Source: Trypethelium eluteriae
Lineage: Eukaryota
NCBI GenBank assembly: GCA_051942245.1
Contig: JAVECL010000068.1
Location: 1-63,313, forward strand
Length of the DNA stretch: 63,313 nucleotides
Direction: 5' to 3'
The notes beneath the pieces were generated by a model. It had not been told where the DNA came from. It was given only the letters and a program-made list of their open reading frames with translations, and did no database searches. Positions within the stretch are counted from its first letter, which is position 1. The number at the start of each line of letters is the position of its first letter. The translations under genes were made by a program, and so were the position numbers. Shown here one piece after another: positions 58,937 to 63,313 of the stretch.

Positions 58937-60868
58937 ATGGCGAACGCCTTGGACCATCTCAACTCCGGTCGCACTCGGATCGAATGGCTGTCGAATCTCA
59001 ACACCGAATATGTTCCGGCCAAGAATTACCGTCGGACTTCAATCATCTGTACTATCGGTATGCTTTGAGAGTCTGTTCCAACAATTCTAGCTGATTCGCA
59101 CTAGGTCCGAAGACCAATTCGGCCGAGAAGATAAATATGTTAAGGAAAGCTGGTCTCAATGTAGTTCGCATGAACTTCTCGCATGGCAGTTATGATGTAA
59201 GACCTCACCCACCCCCCGGAAAGCAGTCCGGAAAACTGATTTGGACAGTACCATCAATCCGTCATTGACAATGCCAGGGAGGCAGAGCGCTCCCTGCCGG
59301 GACGGCCACTGGCGATTGCGTTGGATACGGTAAGGGCTGCACTTGCAGTATACGGCATTGATTGTTCTAAGAAGGTATAGAAAGGCCCGGAGATACGTAC
59401 GGGTAATACGACCGGCGATGCTGATATCCCTATCTCTGCTGGCTCTGAGATCAACATCACAACGGATGACAAATATGCCACAGCCAGCGATGATAAGAAC
59501 ATGTAAGGCGTTCCAATTCCACAAACTTGCGGGATAGCGACCTTGGAGAAAGATCTGACTGAAATCCTAATTCTAGGTACGTCGACTACAAGAATATCAC
59601 CAGGATGATCGAGCCGGGTCGGACCATCTTTGTGGACGATGGCGTCCTTGCGTTCGAGGTCCTTGAAATCACCGATGACAAGAATCTCAAATGCCGCTGT
59701 GTTAATAATGGCAAGATCTCTTCCAAGAAGGGTGTCAATCTTCCTAAGACCGATGTCGACCTTCCAGCCATCTCCGAGAAGGATAAGAACGACTTGCTTT
59801 TTGGTGTGAAGAATAGAGTAGACATGGTATTCGCCTCTTTCATCCGTCGCGGCGAAGACATCAAGGCGATCAGGAAGGTTCTGGGTGAAGAAGGCAAGGA
59901 TATCCAGATTATCGCCAAAATTGAAAATCAACAAGGTGTCAACAACTTTGACGAAATTCTCAAGGAAACGGACGGTGTCATGGTTGCACGTGGCGACCTG
60001 GGTATTGAAATACCACCTGCGCAAGTTTTTGTTGCCCAGAAAATGATGATCACGAAATGCAACATTGCGGGCAAGCCGGTCATTTGCGCCACTCAGATGT
60101 TGGAAAGCATGACGTACAATCCTCGTCCTACCCGTGCTGAGGTTAGTGATGTTGGCAACGCGGTGCTTGATGGAGCAGACTGTGTCATGTTGTCTGGCGA
60201 GACGGCCAAGGGCAACTACCCCAAGGAGGCCGTCACAATGATGCACGATACGTGCCTGCTGGCCGAGGTTGCCATTCCATACGTCAATGCGTTCGATGAG
60301 TTGAGGAAGATTCAGCCAACCCCTGCTCCGACGACTGAGACTTGTGCGATGGCTGCTGTGAGCGCAAGTCTGGAACAGAATGCTGGCGCTATCCTTGTGC
60401 TCACCACTAGGTACATCTGGTCGCACGCTTGAGCTAAGAGTAAGAAACACTAACGAGTCTGCAGCGGCACCACCGCGCGCCTCATCTCGAAGTATCGCCC
60501 AGTCTGTCCTATCATCATGGTCAGCCGGAATGCCCGTGCATCTCGTGTAAGTTCCAAATCTCGTCTTTGCATTTTGATTGCCGAAGAAATACGTGGCTGA
60601 CTTTTTTTCCTCGCAGTATTCTCACCTTTATCGAGGCGTGTACCCTTTCTATTTTAACGAGTCCAAACCCGACTTCAACACCACGCCCTGGCAAGAAGAT
60701 GTCGATCGACGCCTGAAATGGGGCATCGTCAATGCCATCAAGCTTGGCGTCTTGAACAAGGGCGATACCGTCATCTGTGTCCAGGGCTGGCGTGGTGGTA
60801 TGGGACATACGAACACACTGCGCATTGTGCCTGCGGAGGAGAATCTGGGCTTGGATCCGTCCGCCTGA
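58937..60868 (+). CDS. pkiA: Pyruvate kinase, ~7 exons
   Basis: [53 protein letters not shown] and MLSGETAKG. Confidence 0.97.
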
Positions 60869-61246
60869 GGGATAGTGAAGAGTCGAGCTACTATGGAGGT
60901 CATTGGGGAGAAAGGACTCAGAGGTCCTTGCGATGGGAATAATAGTAGCAGTTGCTCGAGGGATAACTCAGTCGAGTGCAAGGCATCACGGAAGGGATGA
61001 GACAGCGTTGTTGATGATTAAACATTGCGATACAAACTGCAGGGCGTGCTACGGTTGATTTCCATTTTCTTATCATGATGGAATGGATAGACGGTAGGTC
61101 CACGGTGTAACCTGTTTCAACTAGCTAGCTTCCACTAACGAAGATTTCCATGATATGGCAAAATTTCGTAGTAAATCGTCTCCCCTTAGATTTCTCCCGG
61201 TAAAGTATTTAAGATGCCAGGGAACACTAAGCAAATATGCTGTACC

Positions 61247-61927
61247 CTACTCTGTGTCCGAAAGCTTCAGCTTGCCTTCTTCAACAAGCAGAGTTCCGTC
61301 CCCAGGACAATTGAGATAGTCGCGGCTCGGATCCTCGAGGCATCGTTGACAATGCGAAGTATGCTCGCAGTACCGGCATCGGATGCAACGTTCTATCAGA
61401 CGGCTCAGGAGCTCGAGAGAGGGCCAGAAAAGAGAGAGCCACGCAAAGAGTAGACTTCGAGATGCAAACGATCAGCATAGGGCTAGAAGAGTCCTGGGTG
61501 CAAAAGGGAGTTCGAGAGCCGAGGGGCAGTATATGAAGTGGGAAAAGGAATCTTACGCTTGAAGTGCAGAAACCGCGATACCCGCGACTTTCCATGCAAA
61601 CAAAGCTGTATTGACTGGCGAGTCATGAAAATGGACACAGAGAAGCAAGGCCATGAGGCCATATGCAGAAGCAAATAGCAGATCTATGGTTGCAGTACAG
61701 CCTTGCATGAAGTCCGCCTTCGCATCGACAGAATCCCTTGCACACGTCTTGCAGGTGTAGAAGGGCAACAGGATGGAAAGGAGAGAGTAGCTGAGAGAGC
61801 AACACACGAGAAAGATAGCGGCGTGACTAAGTGATAGGCCGTAGTAGAGGTCAAAATAAAGGAAAATGGCAATGGCAAAGGTGAGAGTTCGCACCAAGCG
61901 TTGCGCGAAGGATTCGGGAGGAAACAT
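61247..61927 (-). CDS. Orphan ~4-TM membrane protein with CxxC motifs, 192 aa, 2 exons
   Basis: Exon 1 61927..61557 and intron 61556..61455 (GTAAGA...GCTGAT...AAG). Exon 2 continues in frame as LLFAWLSLFWPSL...CIRCRYCEHTSHCQRC...SDTE*. Confidence 0.6.
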
Positions 61928-63313
61928 CTTCAGAGGTTGATGGTGAACCAGCTAGAGCAGCCAGAGAAGCAGAGAGTCAAGGAATATATGTACTGTAATA
62001 GAGTGTGCCAGATATATTCGCTACGACGGTGATAATCACGGCGAGTACGAGTCAGCCAAGGCGTGCGAGTGGTCATTGCTGTAGAGATCCATCACTGCAG
62101 ACGCAAGATCTATTATTGGAATGACCTGACGACAAGTGCGCCTTGCAAATCCTCAATTTTGACGCCCGATGCTCTATATGATTCAAATAGAGCTGCTTTG
62201 TTTCATCACTTTCCAAGCTAAGGCTGTCGTTCGCCCACGTTTACATTGCTTTTTAGCAGTAGCGGTAACAGAGTAGTCGTAATTCGGGTACAGAGCCACC
62301 CGGAGATTCGGTTAGTGCACTCCGAAAATTGAGAGTCAAGGAAAAGATGTGTTGAAGGATGATGAGCTTCTTCATCGATTGGGCCTATCTGCTGCGGACA
62401 TTGGACGACATCAATCGCAAGAGTGTCCATGGATAACATCCTTATAAAGCCAATACATATCCGTGCGTAGATAAACGCAGAAACCCAGTACGGTAGGCAC
62501 AGTCACACACGGGTCATCATCTCACGGTAATCTTCTAACTTCGAGCCAGGCGGCAGAGTGAGGGAAAGCATATATCGCAATGCAAAAGCAACCATGTTGT
62601 TAAGATCGGATGCTTTTGTTTCTATGCCTAGCACTGCCATGAGCAATTCGCTAGCGCAAAGGAGCAGCAACACAGAAGGTCAAGGCAAGAGAGAAGTTGT
62701 AGGCTCAAAAAATTGATAGCATGCCGCTAGACCAAGTTCCTTCCTGTTCTACAGGTGACTTTAGAACGGATTAAGCAAATGAACTAAGCTGTAGTTTTCT
62801 TGTATCTGCAACAACTCGTTGTTGCGACCACTAAACACCGTGAATTGATACACTACTTTGATTTTTGGAACAGGAACCGGCTTATTGTATTTCCGAGGGT
62901 GTCGAAGGAAGAAGTACAGTTGATCGTCCAAATGGTAAAACTTGAGCTCCTGGTGGCGTTTGGTAAAACTGAGGAACTTGGCTAGATGGATCTAGGCTAT
63001 TCGGTTCTCCAGAGCTTTGCCCAGACTGTGTTTGACGTGGAGATCAAACTTTCTGTCGCAAATAGCTGGCGAAACATCAAAGTATTTAAGCTCGATAACG
63101 AACGCAAGGGCCAGAGGGGTGATGGTGATGATTATGATGAAGATAAGTTCGGGATACGGAGTACTTTCTGCCATAACGTGTTTCACAAGTGAGCTGATCA
63201 CCCGGGCGAGCTGATCAACCCCACCACCCCTCAATGCTTTTGTACCCATTAATTATCCACAACTAGATTATATAGATTCAAAAAGTATTAGATTACACTT
63301 CTAACGTCTTGTA

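Noticed and set aside
59254..60450. 398-aa antisense ORF over pyruvate kinase (and similar shadows over other genes)
   Set aside because: A shadow frame produced by codon bias of a conserved, highly expressed gene.
1..63313. CRISPR arrays, tRNA/rRNA genes, intact transposons
   Set aside because: No repeat-spacer array, cloverleaf, rRNA-like sequence, transposase/RT ORF or LTR/TIR pair with a target-site duplication was seen. The sequence is eukaryotic.

Overview
Gene-dense eukaryotic DNA from a filamentous ascomycete (Pezizomycotina). A Eurotiomycete/Chaetothyriomycetidae-like organism is an inference from protein style only. Introns are mostly short GT-AG with CTAAC/CTGAC-type branch points. 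I can support about 25 protein-coding genes, several rebuilt by manual splicing because the ORF track fragments or misses them. Housekeeping genes: PPZ phosphatase, RPS2, UTP4, PNG1, RAD2, MPDU1, MED8, pyruvate kinase, N-terminal methyltransferase, ALDH. Accessory genes: FAD monooxygenase, GMC oxidoreductase, metacaspase, HeLo-like/ankyrin protein, ART-like protein, carboxylesterase, PTH11-like GPCR, Gly-rich repeat protein, F-box-like protein and an orphan Cys-rich membrane protein. No tRNA, rRNA, CRISPR array or intact transposon was seen. Top findings: (1) the single intron of an Ald2/Ald3-type aldehyde dehydrogenase is unusually long (367 nt) and can fold into a ~51-bp long-range stem with G-U wobbles and competing helices near the branch point, a candidate splicing-regulatory or small-RNA element; (2) a prodomain-less metacaspase lies tail-to-tail with a HeLo-like/ankyrin protein lacking a NOD, a candidate protease-activated cell-death module; (3) an R-S-E ADP-ribosyltransferase-like protein of unknown function. 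All family calls come from motif recognition by eye; no database search or folding calculation was run.
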